A DNA stretch of 45,902 bases from an uncultured archaeon (GCA_964562245.1 CAZLSF010000001.1:1-45902); one strand, 5' to 3'. Positions 17,507 through 26,429 are shown, numbered from the stretch's first letter. The notes: generated from the letters alone by a model not told the origin. A program made the numbers and translations.

Positions 17507-17911
17507 TTACTTCTTAACTAATTCAGGCATTTTCAATGGTGGTGGCAACTGCAAATCATCCGCAATCTTCACACTCTGAATCATGCATTTTCTGAAGATG
17601 TAATTTACTATATACAATGAAACTTTTTCATCAATTTTCTTTTCTTTTTCCCATTTGGTTAAAATTTCTTTCTGGTTCTTGTCTGTATACAACAATTCAC
17701 CGCCAAGGTTTATTTTTGCTTTTGTTGGTTCATATTTGGTCTTATATTCAAATTCTATTGCAAGAACTTTTGTCGTATTTCCCGCAATTCCGAGTTCTCT
17801 CTCAACAATATTTTTTATTTTTGGCAATGAAGAAGATATTTTCAACTCTCCTGTTGAAATTTCTCCTACAGATCCTTCAAGATTAGTTAACCTGAAACTC
17901 AAGATTCCCAT
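17507..17911 (-). CDS. hypothetical protein (134 aa), possible SecB-like fold
   Basis: ATG ORF. The N-terminal two thirds look beta-rich. The C-terminal segment IVNYIFRKCMIQSVKIADDLQLPPPLKMPEL loosely resembles the SecB segment ending ...GFPPLxLxPVNF. The family call is weak. Confidence 0.45.
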   Translation of the reverse strand: MGILSFRLTNLEGSVGEISTGELKISSSLPKIKNIVERELGIAGNTTKVLAIEFEYKTKYEPTKAKINLGGELLYTDKNQKEILTKWEKEKKIDEKVSLYIVNYIFRKCMIQSVKIADDLQLPPPLKMPELVKK

Positions 17912-18023
17912 ATAACAAGATTAATAAAATTAATAAATAAGGATATATTCCAAAAAACCCTTTTTTAATGAATTTCAGGCAATTCTTTTTATTAAGTGCA
18001 TATAACTTTAAGAAATAATTATT

Positions 18024-18881
18024 ATGCTTCAGAATTATATTAAAAGAATTTATTTATCTTATGGTGAAATTGCAGAACAAATTTCACCTCATTTCAAATA
18101 TGTATTGGAAGACCTCAAAAAAAGCGGATTGAAATATACTCTTGAAGAATATCTTTCCCTTGCAATTTTTATATCCTTGATAGTTTTTGTGGTTGAACTC
18201 CCAATTATAACTCTAACTTTATCTTTTTTTATTCATGTTGTTTTTGCTATTTTACTTTCCTTTATTTTCTCTTTTGCAGGAGCAATAATCATTTTTTTTC
18301 TTTTTACCACTTATCCAAAAGCGCAGGTCAGTAATTTAGCCTCAAAAATAGACAAAGGCTTACCTTTCTCTGTTAGTTATATGACTGCAGCAGCCAGTTC
18401 TGATGCTCCACCAATCACAATTTTTAAAGCAATTACAAAGTTAGATGAATATCCTGAATTAAAAGATCAGGCTCAAAATGTGATAAGGGATGTAGATGCT
18501 CTTGGGATGGATATATTAAGTGCTTTGAGAAGGGAATCAAAAAGAACCCCATCTAAAGAATTTAGAGATTTACTCTTTGGAATAGAATCAACCATAAGTT
18601 CAGGCGCGGATTTAACTCTTTTTTTAAACAGCAAATCAATTTCTTTGTTCAAATCTTACCAGAGAAAAATTAAAGCTTATGCTAATACCTTATCTATGAT
18701 TATAGAAATGTATATTACAGTAGTAATCGTTGGTCCAATTTTTTTCACAATTTTATCAAGTGTAATGAGTATGATGGGTGGAGTTGAAAATGCACTTGCA
18801 ATGCAGGTTTTGGTTTCTTTTATATTAATGCCCGCGATATCTGTAATCCTTGCTTTTTATATCAATATGGCTTCACCATGA
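18024..18881 (+). CDS. type IV pilus/archaellum platform protein, single T2SSF domain (FlaJ/TadB-like, first half)
   Basis: TM-rich. The T2SSF cytoplasmic domain reads KGLPFSVSYMTAAASSDAPPITIFKAI...ELKDQAQNVIRDVDALGMDILSALRRESKRTPSKEFRDLLFGIESTISSGADL. Confidence 0.8.
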   Translation: MLQNYIKRIYLSYGEIAEQISPHFKYVLEDLKKSGLKYTLEEYLSLAIFISLIVFVVELPIITLTLSFFIHVVFAILLSFIFSFAGAIIIFFLFTTYPKAQVSNLASKIDKGLPFSVSYMTAAASSDAPPITIFKAITKLDEYPELKDQAQNVIRDVDALGMDILSALRRESKRTPSKEFRDLLFGIESTISSGADLTLFLNSKSISLFKSYQRKIKAYANTLSMIIEMYITVVIVGPIFFTILSSVMSMMGGVENALAMQVLVSFILMPAISVILAFYINMASP

Positions 18882-19852
18882 AAACCAAAAAATTTTTAAA
18901 AGGAAAACTAACAAAAACTCAAGAGATTTTATTATATTCTGCAATAGGATCTCTTGCTGTCATCCTATTTGGGCTGGTTCTTTCTTTATCATTTGCCAAC
19001 TTTAATATTTTGTTAAACTTTTTTGTTTTTGCGGTTTTTGTTTTTGTTTTACCGTTTTTCTTTTACAGATATATACATTTCCTGGAAATAAAAGACTGTG
19101 AAAAAAATATCCCTATATTTTTTACTGATTTGAAAGAAATTAAAAAGAGCGGAGTTTCTTTTCCAGAAGCAATTAAATCCTGTAAAGGCGATTATGGAAA
19201 ATTAAATAAATATATAGAAAAATTAAAAAAAGATATAAGCTGGGGAATTAGCATAGATTCCAGTTTAAAACAAATGCAAAATAGTTTGGGTGAAAGTAAA
19301 GTTTCATCAAGAGCTATTTCAACTTTATTAGAAACTTACAGGTCTGGAGGAAATATGGAAGATATTTTGGAAACTTTAATAACCTCTTTGCTCAAAATAA
19401 TGGAAAGTGAAAAAGACAAAAACTCAATGATGCAACAACATGTATTTATAATGTATGGTATTTTTTTGATGTTCGTTGGATTAATAATTGCTCTTGGAAA
19501 TTTTTTAATTCCTATGTTTTCTGAAATGGGAGGAACTGAAACAGGATTGGGTAATATTCAATTAATGCAAGCGAAGTCTCCTTGCCTTGCTTGTTATGAT
19601 CCTTTTTGTTATGGTCTTTGCGGTTATTATAACCTTATTGGAGGAATGTTTGGTTTTGGAGAGCCAAATTCACTGCCCGTATACTACAAATCCTTGTTTT
19701 TTACAATGGTTCTTATCCAGGGATTTTTTACCGGATTAATTGCCGGGCAGATCTCAGCAAAAAGTTGGTTGGAAGGAATAAAACATGGTTTGATTATGTT
19801 TTTCTTGGGATTATTCATTATAGTTATGGCAAATCTTGTTGGTTTCTTTTAA
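18878..19852 (+). CDS. type IV pilus/archaellum platform protein, single T2SSF domain (FlaJ/TadC-like, second half)
   Basis: Its start overlaps the upstream stop (ATGA at 18878-18881). The T2SSF domain reads IPIFFTDLKEIKKSGVSFPEAIKSC...ISWGISIDSSLKQMQ...TLLETYRSGGNMEDIL. A Cys-rich loop (SPCLACYDPFCYGLCGYY) sits between the C-terminal TM helices. Confidence 0.8.
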   Translation: MKTKKFLKGKLTKTQEILLYSAIGSLAVILFGLVLSLSFANFNILLNFFVFAVFVFVLPFFFYRYIHFLEIKDCEKNIPIFFTDLKEIKKSGVSFPEAIKSCKGDYGKLNKYIEKLKKDISWGISIDSSLKQMQNSLGESKVSSRAISTLLETYRSGGNMEDILETLITSLLKIMESEKDKNSMMQQHVFIMYGIFLMFVGLIIALGNFLIPMFSEMGGTETGLGNIQLMQAKSPCLACYDPFCYGLCGYYNLIGGMFGFGEPNSLPVYYKSLFFTMVLIQGFFTGLIAGQISAKSWLEGIKHGLIMFFLGLFIIVMANLVGFF

Positions 19853-19853
19853 A

Positions 19854-20405
19854 ATGATGAAAAATAAAGTTTGTAACTATAAATCTAAAAAGAGAATAAA
19901 ATTGATGGTTACAAAGTTTAAAGGACAGGTAAATATTTATTTTATTATCAGTACTATTTTGTTCGTCTCTCTTTCAATTTATTTAATTTCGATTATTATA
20001 GAAATATATCCAACACATCAAAATGATATATCTTCTGATGTTTGGTATTCTAAAGCATATTCAGTTTCTGAATTATTAATAAAAGATTCTGGTTATCCAA
20101 AAGACTGGGATGAAACTAATTTTGAAAGAATCGGGCTTGCTTCTGAACCTTACTCTTTAAATTCAACAAAAATTAATGAATTTGAGAAAATATGTAATTC
20201 AACAACAAACTTAACAAAAATTCAAAAATTTAGAGATTCTTTTGGATTGGAGAATAATAATTTGGTTGTTGAAATTAATTATTTAAACAATACAAATATA
20301 ATAAAATGTAAGCCTACGGGTGAAAAAGTTGGTGCAACAGCGCGTATAAAAAGAATTGCAACTCTAAATAATAAATTTGTAGAAGTGATTGTTTATGTCG
20401 GGTAA
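19854..20405 (+). CDS. pilin-like protein with class III signal peptide
   Basis: The ORF-track start at 19836 is TTG. ATG codons occur at 19854 and 19905. The sequence ...MVTKFKG|QVNIYFIISTILFVSLSIYLISIII is a basic-Gly cleavage motif followed by a hydrophobic helix. Confidence 0.55.
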   Translation: MMKNKVCNYKSKKRIKLMVTKFKGQVNIYFIISTILFVSLSIYLISIIIEIYPTHQNDISSDVWYSKAYSVSELLIKDSGYPKDWDETNFERIGLASEPYSLNSTKINEFEKICNSTTNLTKIQKFRDSFGLENNNLVVEINYLNNTNIIKCKPTGEKVGATARIKRIATLNNKFVEVIVYVG

Positions 20406-20469
20406 AAGATTTATTTTGACAACTGAAGTTTAGTTAAACTAAGTGATAATTTATAAATTAGTTGAGCTA

Positions 20470-20952
20470 ATGGAATTTATTATGAACAATGAGGAAAAAT
20501 TAATTTTGAGAGCAATTCTTTTGATAATTCCTTTAATCTTTCTCTCCTCTTTTCATTTTGAACTTCAAGTTTTTCACCAGGTTTTTTTTTCACATGTTAT
20601 CTGGTTTTTGGAGTTATTTGGTATCAAATCTCAAGTTCAAGGATATCAAATAATAACAAAAAATTTCTCGTCAATAATAACTTTTGACTGCACCGGATGG
20701 AAACAGTTTTATATTTTTTGCACCTTAATATTCTTACCTTTAAGAATTAAACTTTCAAGCAGACTTAAAGGTTTATTATTTCTAATTCCTTTATATTTTT
20801 ATAACATTTTTAGAGTGATTATTACAATTTATATTAGTTCCATTTCTTATTCCTGGTTTAAACCAGTTCATTATTTCTTATGGAATTTTTTGTTCCTTGC
20901 CCTGATCTTTATTTTCTGGTTTTTTTGGTATCAACACATGAAAAAGAATTAA
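20470..20952 (+). CDS. minimal archaeosortase/exosortase-family-like membrane protein
   Basis: Polytopic membrane protein. It has IITFDCTGWKQ (Cys codon at 20689-20691), then PLYFYNIFRVIITIY 41 residues later (Arg codon at 20812-20814), then KPVHYFLWNF (His codon at 20869-20871). This matches the xxCSG ... NxxR ... H layout of exosortase/archaeosortase cores. The track start at 20443 is GTG; I use the ATG at 20470 (an alternative ATG is at 20482). Confidence 0.6.
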   Translation: MEFIMNNEEKLILRAILLIIPLIFLSSFHFELQVFHQVFFSHVIWFLELFGIKSQVQGYQIITKNFSSIITFDCTGWKQFYIFCTLIFLPLRIKLSSRLKGLLFLIPLYFYNIFRVIITIYISSISYSWFKPVHYFLWNFLFLALIFIFWFFWYQHMKKN

Positions 20953-21045
20953 TTACAAATTATCCAGATAATTCTAGAAAAATCAAAATAAAAAATTCTC
21001 AAAAATGTTGGCAATTATAATTAAAAACAAAATAACAGAAAAATT

Positions 21046-24000
21046 ATGAGGAGGCATTATTTTAGTCAAAAACAGGCTTTATTAATATGTTTTACATTAA
21101 GTTTTTTTCTTCTTCCAGCAATATCATTAGCAACATGCTGTACTGAGTTACTATCTTCTTGTCCATATGGAAATGTGGATGGCAATAGTTGTAATAATGT
21201 TAGTATCGGATCTTATTGTGAAGGTGATGGTGAATGCGGAACAGATAATAATGCAAATAATTGTAATGTATGGGATTGGTACAAGCGGGTATGTTGTGAT
21301 AATGGTGTTAGTTGTTCTGTAGATGGAGATTGTTGTTCAGGCAATTGCGTGGATGGTTATTGCTGTGATTCTGCCTGCAATGGTGCTTGTGAAGCCTGCA
21401 ATGTAGCGGGACATGAAGGAACTTGCACAGATGATCATTCTTTATGTAGTGGAACAATTTCTTCCTGCTATTGTAGTGGTGGAGTTTGCCAACCTTGTAC
21501 TGACCCAGGAGGTTGCAGTTATGCAACTTGTATAGGTCATACTTGCGGAACTGCAGATTATGGGACATCTCATGAATGCAATTCAGCTTGGAAATGTTCT
21601 ACATCTACAGGGGATGGTAACTACGGAGTTGGAAGCGGAAATTACAAATGCCAAGGATATTGCGATGGGTCTGGGAATTGTGATTACGCTGGAAACTGCT
21701 ATAATTGCAATGACGATAATTATTATTATTGCGAAACAGGAAATAATAAATATTACCAGGATTATGATTGCTCTGGTGGAACTTGTGTAAAAGACACTCC
21801 TTCTTTTCGAAAAGATTGTGATGATTATGACGATGATAATTGTTGGTTAGTTTGTGATACTGGAACTGGAGATATAGATAGGTGGTGTGATGATTGGTAT
21901 TGCAATAGTGGAACATGTAAAGATTCTGGAAATAACTGGCTCAGAGATAATCCTTATAGTGATTGTTCAGATACAGCAAGTGATAATGATGGAGGAGATA
22001 AACCAAAGACATCAGGAACTTGCACAGATTATGAACTCTGTACCTCTGGAGATACTTCCTGTCCCTCCACAGATTATCCAGATAATTGTGCCTCTACAAC
22101 ACATTTAGAAGAATATTATCCTTACTCCAATGATTGCACTTCAAAAGATTATTATTGCAGTGATTTTGAAGTTGCAGCAACAGACTCCTATGGAGATGAT
22201 CCTACCTACACAGAAACTTGCTATGGTGGAATAGGGGCTTCTTGTTCTTCTAACCAATTTGTAACCTCTTCTCAAAGTGATTTTACAGATCACTGTACCG
22301 GAACTTGCGGAACAGGGATAGATTCTTGTTATTTTATAGAATACTATCCTGCTGATTCAGGAGATGCTTGCTCAGGGAATGATTACTGCAAACCAAAAAA
22401 TTATGATGCAGATCATGAAAGCAACACTTGCAATGCATGTGGATTAAATTGGAATCTTGATTGTTCCTTTGGGGATTGCTCTCCTTCTGAATCTTCAAGC
22501 AAAGAGGTCGGTACAACTTACACTTATAATTACTGTTGTGGGGATGATGCAAGTGAATATGCAATAACTTGTTCCTGTAACTTAAATTCCTGTTCTTCTG
22601 ACAGCACAGATGCCTGCTGCGCAAATTCAGATGATTGTGTCTGGGCAGGTGGGTGTTATTTAAATGGAAATACTACCGACATAGATTCTGATGGAATAGA
22701 TGAATATTGTAAAGGTAATGAAAATAAATGGTATGCCTATCCAAATATTACTTCAATTTCTATAGATAAATCCCCAATAGACAGAGATGATGAAGTAGAT
22801 AAATTTACACCTGACACTGAAATAAAAATTACAGCAGAAATTTATGATCAAGATAATAACGACAGGGATAAAGTTTATATAACTATTTACGAACCAGATG
22901 GAGTAACAATTGCAAAAGACCAAAGTGGAACATCTATAAATTCAAAACTTATGATCTGTTCTGATACAAATTCAAATCATTGGAGTTGCTATTATAATTA
23001 CAACCCAGAAGATGGTTCTCCTATTAGAGATTATGATGTAAAAATAAAAGCTGTTGATAACGAGGGTTTGGAAGATACAAAAACAGAAAGTAATTTATTT
23101 AAAGTTGAAGATATTTATTTAACTAATATGAATCACTATGGAACAACAAAAGATTTGCACATAACAGGAACAGCAAAATATACAACTTATGATACTACAG
23201 TCTCCGGGGCAAATGTAAAATGCTATGCTGAAGACAAAATTTGTTCAACAACCACAGATGGTGGTGGAAACTTTGATTGTAATATAGGGGAACTAAACAA
23301 AAATTTTGCACAGTATAATACAATAAAAACAAACACTTTTATCTGCGAGGTTATGGATATTTATAATATTGCGGGTAGTAGGACTTATAATATAACTATC
23401 GGATTGCGGGCTACAACTCACACCTGGAATGACACAACCCTTTATCATGATGAAACAGTAAGTTTTAATGTTACTTTTAAAAATGTTGGGGATTTAACTT
23501 TTGCAATGGATGACTTATATTGGGAAATCAGTTCTGAAAATGGAACCAACCCGGAAATAAACGAAGATTGTCATAACACAGGCTGGGTAGATGCATGTGG
23601 ATATTTAGGGAAATATGAAGGAGATCCGCATAATTCTTGTGGATGTTATATTCAGTTTGACCAAAACTTGGTTCCTGGAAACACAGTTACTTATTCTGGT
23701 TCCTGGAAAGCAAAATATCATGAATTTGGAGATTATAATTTTAGTGTTTGGGTAGAGTTTCCAGATAATGAAACTGGTTTTACAAATATCGTTGCCGGAC
23801 AAAAAATAAAGACAATTAAAATATTAGATAAATCGCCAGTAAATCTAACCTTTATGTTTGCTTTGCCTTCCCCTGTTGATAGAGATAAAGAAACATCCAA
23901 GACAAATGATAATATTACAATAAGAGTCAATGCAACTGATTATGTTGATGGAGTTCTTGGCGATAATGATGAATTAGAGCAATATTCTACAATTTGGGTG

Positions 24001-25821
24001 AAAAGTGATCAAAACAATAATTGGATGATCTGCGAAAATGTAACAATGAACCAGATTCCTTATCATAATGCATATTATTACGGGAACTGCACTTGGAACC
24101 CACCTAATGATATGTCTGATGTTGATTTAGGTAATTTTAGTGTTAAGTTCAAAGTTCTTGGGTATGGAAGTTATCATGATATTGTAGGGGAAGGTTACAA
24201 TATTTCTGATTACTCTGAAAATACAGACAAATTTGTTGTTGAAGATATTGATATATCAAATATTGCTTGGTCCTTTGGAAACACAACAGATTTAATTTTT
24301 ATAGGAAATGCAACCTACCTTTCAAATAATCTAAGAATTAACAATATAACAAATCAAACTTGCAGCCAGCCCATAATTTTAGATATTCCTGATGGAAATG
24401 AAAATACAAGAGAAAATATAAATCCGCCAGATTCAAGACTTTGTGGGATTAATTCTTTTGCGCAAGATATAACTTGCACTGTAATAAATGGAAATTTTAG
24501 TTGTTATGTCAGAAATATTAAGCTGAATGATACAACAGTTACTTTTTCCTATATTTTAACTGATGAAAAAAATATTTCAGGAAACGAAGACCTAACGATC
24601 AATTTAAACGGAACAATAGATGATTTTATCAATATAAGTGATCCGGATGGATTTGTAAATATTTATCAACCAATTAATTATACAATAAATTTCTCAAACA
24701 CAGGAAACATTGGATGGTTTGGAGAGATTTCTAATCAAACAAGAATAAAAATCTATTCTCCTGCTGGAGAAAATCCTGTAATTCCCTCGCAAGAGCATAT
24801 TTCTTTAGATTGTGATAACAATAGTTCCTGGGTGAATTTGATGAATGGAACAACCAGTAATTTTTCGCATTTCTTGGGTCATTCTTATTATGTTCTGGGA
24901 AAATATAATTATATAACAAATTTAAGTTATTTCTGGTCTGATTCTTTACATAGTATAAATTTCTCTATTACAACAGGAGGAAAAACAAACTACACGGTTG
25001 CAGCAATAGATATTACAGATTATAATTTACCCAACAAAGTTGTTAGAGGAAACCAGATTATAGGAAAAGCAAAGGGATATTTTGTTGGTTCAATGGATAT
25101 AGGTTATTGGGAAGAAATTCAAGGAGATGCATTTAAAGTTACAAACAACACAACAAATGCAATATATTGGGTTGAGAAATGGAATAAAACTTCAAAAATA
25201 GGAACAGAAATTCCAGAAACAAACATGACCTGGAATCCTGGTTTTTGGGAAGGTAAAATAAATACCTTTGATTTAAGTTGTGATGATGAAACAACAGTTC
25301 ATAGAGTTTATTTCCTGATTAACTGGACAGATTTTAATATTTATACCCCTTATGTAAAAGGAGAATTTAAATCAGAATTCTGGCCTTATTTTTATCAAAA
25401 TTTAAGTGTGATCTGTACCTCAAGAGAATTATTTGAAGTTAATCCAGAAATTACGAATGTTGCTCTAGGAACAGAAAATAGAGATATTTATAATATTTTT
25501 ATTGAAAATCCAAGTGACAGTCCAGTTGATATAAACCTGACAATAAATTGTGATGATTACCCTGATGCTGTAAATTGGGTAAATGAAAATCATTGGACTA
25601 TTCATATTCCTGCAGAGAGTTCTACTTCAAAAATAGTTACCTTAGACGAGGCTCCAAGAGTTGGTAACTATGAATTTTCTGTATCGGTAAGAGGAGACCT
25701 AAGATATGACAAAAAAGTCTGGTTGAATATTTTCTCAGAAGCGTTGGGTTCTGATAGTTTAGTTTATCTTCTCTTATTATTTTTCATGACTTCTATTTTA
25801 TTGATTAAAAGAAAATTATGA
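21046..25821 (+). CDS. giant (1591 aa) secreted Cys-rich, heavily sequon-decorated surface protein with C-terminal anchor/sorting-like tail
   Basis: Signal peptide MRRHYFSQKQALLICFTLSFFLLPAISLA. There are 71 Cys between residues ~31 and 560 by hand count. One DIDSDGIDEY Ca-binding-type motif is present. Two large beta-rich super-repeats follow. I count more than 30 N-x-S/T sequons. The C-terminus reads ...SEALGSDSLVYLLLLFFMTSILLIKRKL. Confidence 0.9.
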   Translation: MRRHYFSQKQALLICFTLSFFLLPAISLATCCTELLSSCPYGNVDGNSCNNVSIGSYCEGDGECGTDNNANNCNVWDWYKRVCCDNGVSCSVDGDCCSGNCVDGYCCDSACNGACEACNVAGHEGTCTDDHSLCSGTISSCYCSGGVCQPCTDPGGCSYATCIGHTCGTADYGTSHECNSAWKCSTSTGDGNYGVGSGNYKCQGYCDGSGNCDYAGNCYNCNDDNYYYCETGNNKYYQDYDCSGGTCVKDTPSFRKDCDDYDDDNCWLVCDTGTGDIDRWCDDWYCNSGTCKDSGNNWLRDNPYSDCSDTASDNDGGDKPKTSGTCTDYELCTSGDTSCPSTDYPDNCASTTHLEEYYPYSNDCTSKDYYCSDFEVAATDSYGDDPTYTETCYGGIGASCSSNQFVTSSQSDFTDHCTGTCGTGIDSCYFIEYYPADSGDACSGNDYCKPKNYDADHESNTCNACGLNWNLDCSFGDCSPSESSSKEVGTTYTYNYCCGDDASEYAITCSCNLNSCSSDSTDACCANSDDCVWAGGCYLNGNTTDIDSDGIDEYCKGNENKWYAYPNITSISIDKSPIDRDDEVDKFTPDTEIKITAEIYDQDNNDRDKVYITIYEPDGVTIAKDQSGTSINSKLMICSDTNSNHWSCYYNYNPEDGSPIRDYDVKIKAVDNEGLEDTKTESNLFKVEDIYLTNMNHYGTTKDLHITGTAKYTTYDTTVSGANVKCYAEDKICSTTTDGGGNFDCNIGELNKNFAQYNTIKTNTFICEVMDIYNIAGSRTYNITIGLRATTHTWNDTTLYHDETVSFNVTFKNVGDLTFAMDDLYWEISSENGTNPEINEDCHNTGWVDACGYLGKYEGDPHNSCGCYIQFDQNLVPGNTVTYSGSWKAKYHEFGDYNFSVWVEFPDNETGFTNIVAGQKIKTIKILDKSPVNLTFMFALPSPVDRDKETSKTNDNITIRVNATDYVDGVLGDNDELEQYSTIWVKSDQNNNWMICENVTMNQIPYHNAYYYGNCTWNPPNDMSDVDLGNFSVKFKVLGYGSYHDIVGEGYNISDYSENTDKFVVEDIDISNIAWSFGNTTDLIFIGNATYLSNNLRINNITNQTCSQPIILDIPDGNENTRENINPPDSRLCGINSFAQDITCTVINGNFSCYVRNIKLNDTTVTFSYILTDEKNISGNEDLTINLNGTIDDFINISDPDGFVNIYQPINYTINFSNTGNIGWFGEISNQTRIKIYSPAGENPVIPSQEHISLDCDNNSSWVNLMNGTTSNFSHFLGHSYYVLGKYNYITNLSYFWSDSLHSINFSITTGGKTNYTVAAIDITDYNLPNKVVRGNQIIGKAKGYFVGSMDIGYWEEIQGDAFKVTNNTTNAIYWVEKWNKTSKIGTEIPETNMTWNPGFWEGKINTFDLSCDDETTVHRVYFLINWTDFNIYTPYVKGEFKSEFWPYFYQNLSVICTSRELFEVNPEITNVALGTENRDIYNIFIENPSDSPVDINLTINCDDYPDAVNWVNENHWTIHIPAESSTSKIVTLDEAPRVGNYEFSVSVRGDLRYDKKVWLNIFSEALGSDSLVYLLLLFFMTSILLIKRKL

Positions 25822-26429
25822 ACCATAGAAAATTTAAGGGGGTGTCGCCAATAATTTCTTCTATTTTAATAATTGGAATTCTTGCGATAATTACTGGAAT
25901 TGCTTATCAATGGGGAATGCCAATGATTCAAAAAAACATTGATATAACAACTTTAAATAAAGCCGAAAATTTTCTAAGGAAATTAGATAATTCAGTCTCT
26001 GATATTGCAAAAACGGGAGGAACAGAGGAATTGATTTTTAATCTACCCGGAGAAATTAATATAAATCCAGAGAATAATACAATAAAATTCTCTCTAAAAA
26101 CCAGTGGGAGTATTTATATGCAAGGAGGTATTGTTTGTTTTAGCAGGAATTGCAATTTAACAGAGGGCACTTGGGGGAAAGATTCTTATTCTGTTATTAA
26201 CGCCCAAGTAGATCAGTTTGAAGAATACGCAACGATAACGACTTACTCAATCATATATAGAAATCTCACAAGAGGAGAAGGATTTAATAAAAAAATATAT
26301 CTTCTGGATATTGTAACTCCCGGAAATGCAACCATTGTTGGTTCTGAAAATTCCAGAATTTCAATTGAAAAAATTGGTGAAGAGAGGGGGGATGTAACAA
26401 AAACTATTATCAAATTAGATATCAAATAA
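25818..26429 (+). CDS. archaeal type IV pilin-like protein (class III signal peptide, DUF361-type N-terminus)
   Basis: MNHRKFKG|VSPIISSILIIGILAIITGIAY. The start overlaps the stop of the giant gene (ATGA at 25818-25821). Confidence 0.8.
   Translation: MNHRKFKGVSPIISSILIIGILAIITGIAYQWGMPMIQKNIDITTLNKAENFLRKLDNSVSDIAKTGGTEELIFNLPGEININPENNTIKFSLKTSGSIYMQGGIVCFSRNCNLTEGTWGKDSYSVINAQVDQFEEYATITTYSIIYRNLTRGEGFNKKIYLLDIVTPGNATIVGSENSRISIEKIGEERGDVTKTIIKLDIK

Noticed and set aside
21308-24919. Short ORFs on both strands inside the giant gene (for example 21308..21568, 21560..21790, 21605..21916, 22334..22624, 23605..23930 and 24731..24919).
   Set aside because: All are nested in a 4.8-kb uninterrupted frame with a signal peptide and coherent domain structure. 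Their translations are H/N/C-rich frame-shifted echoes of the Cys/Asn/Asp-rich main frame.
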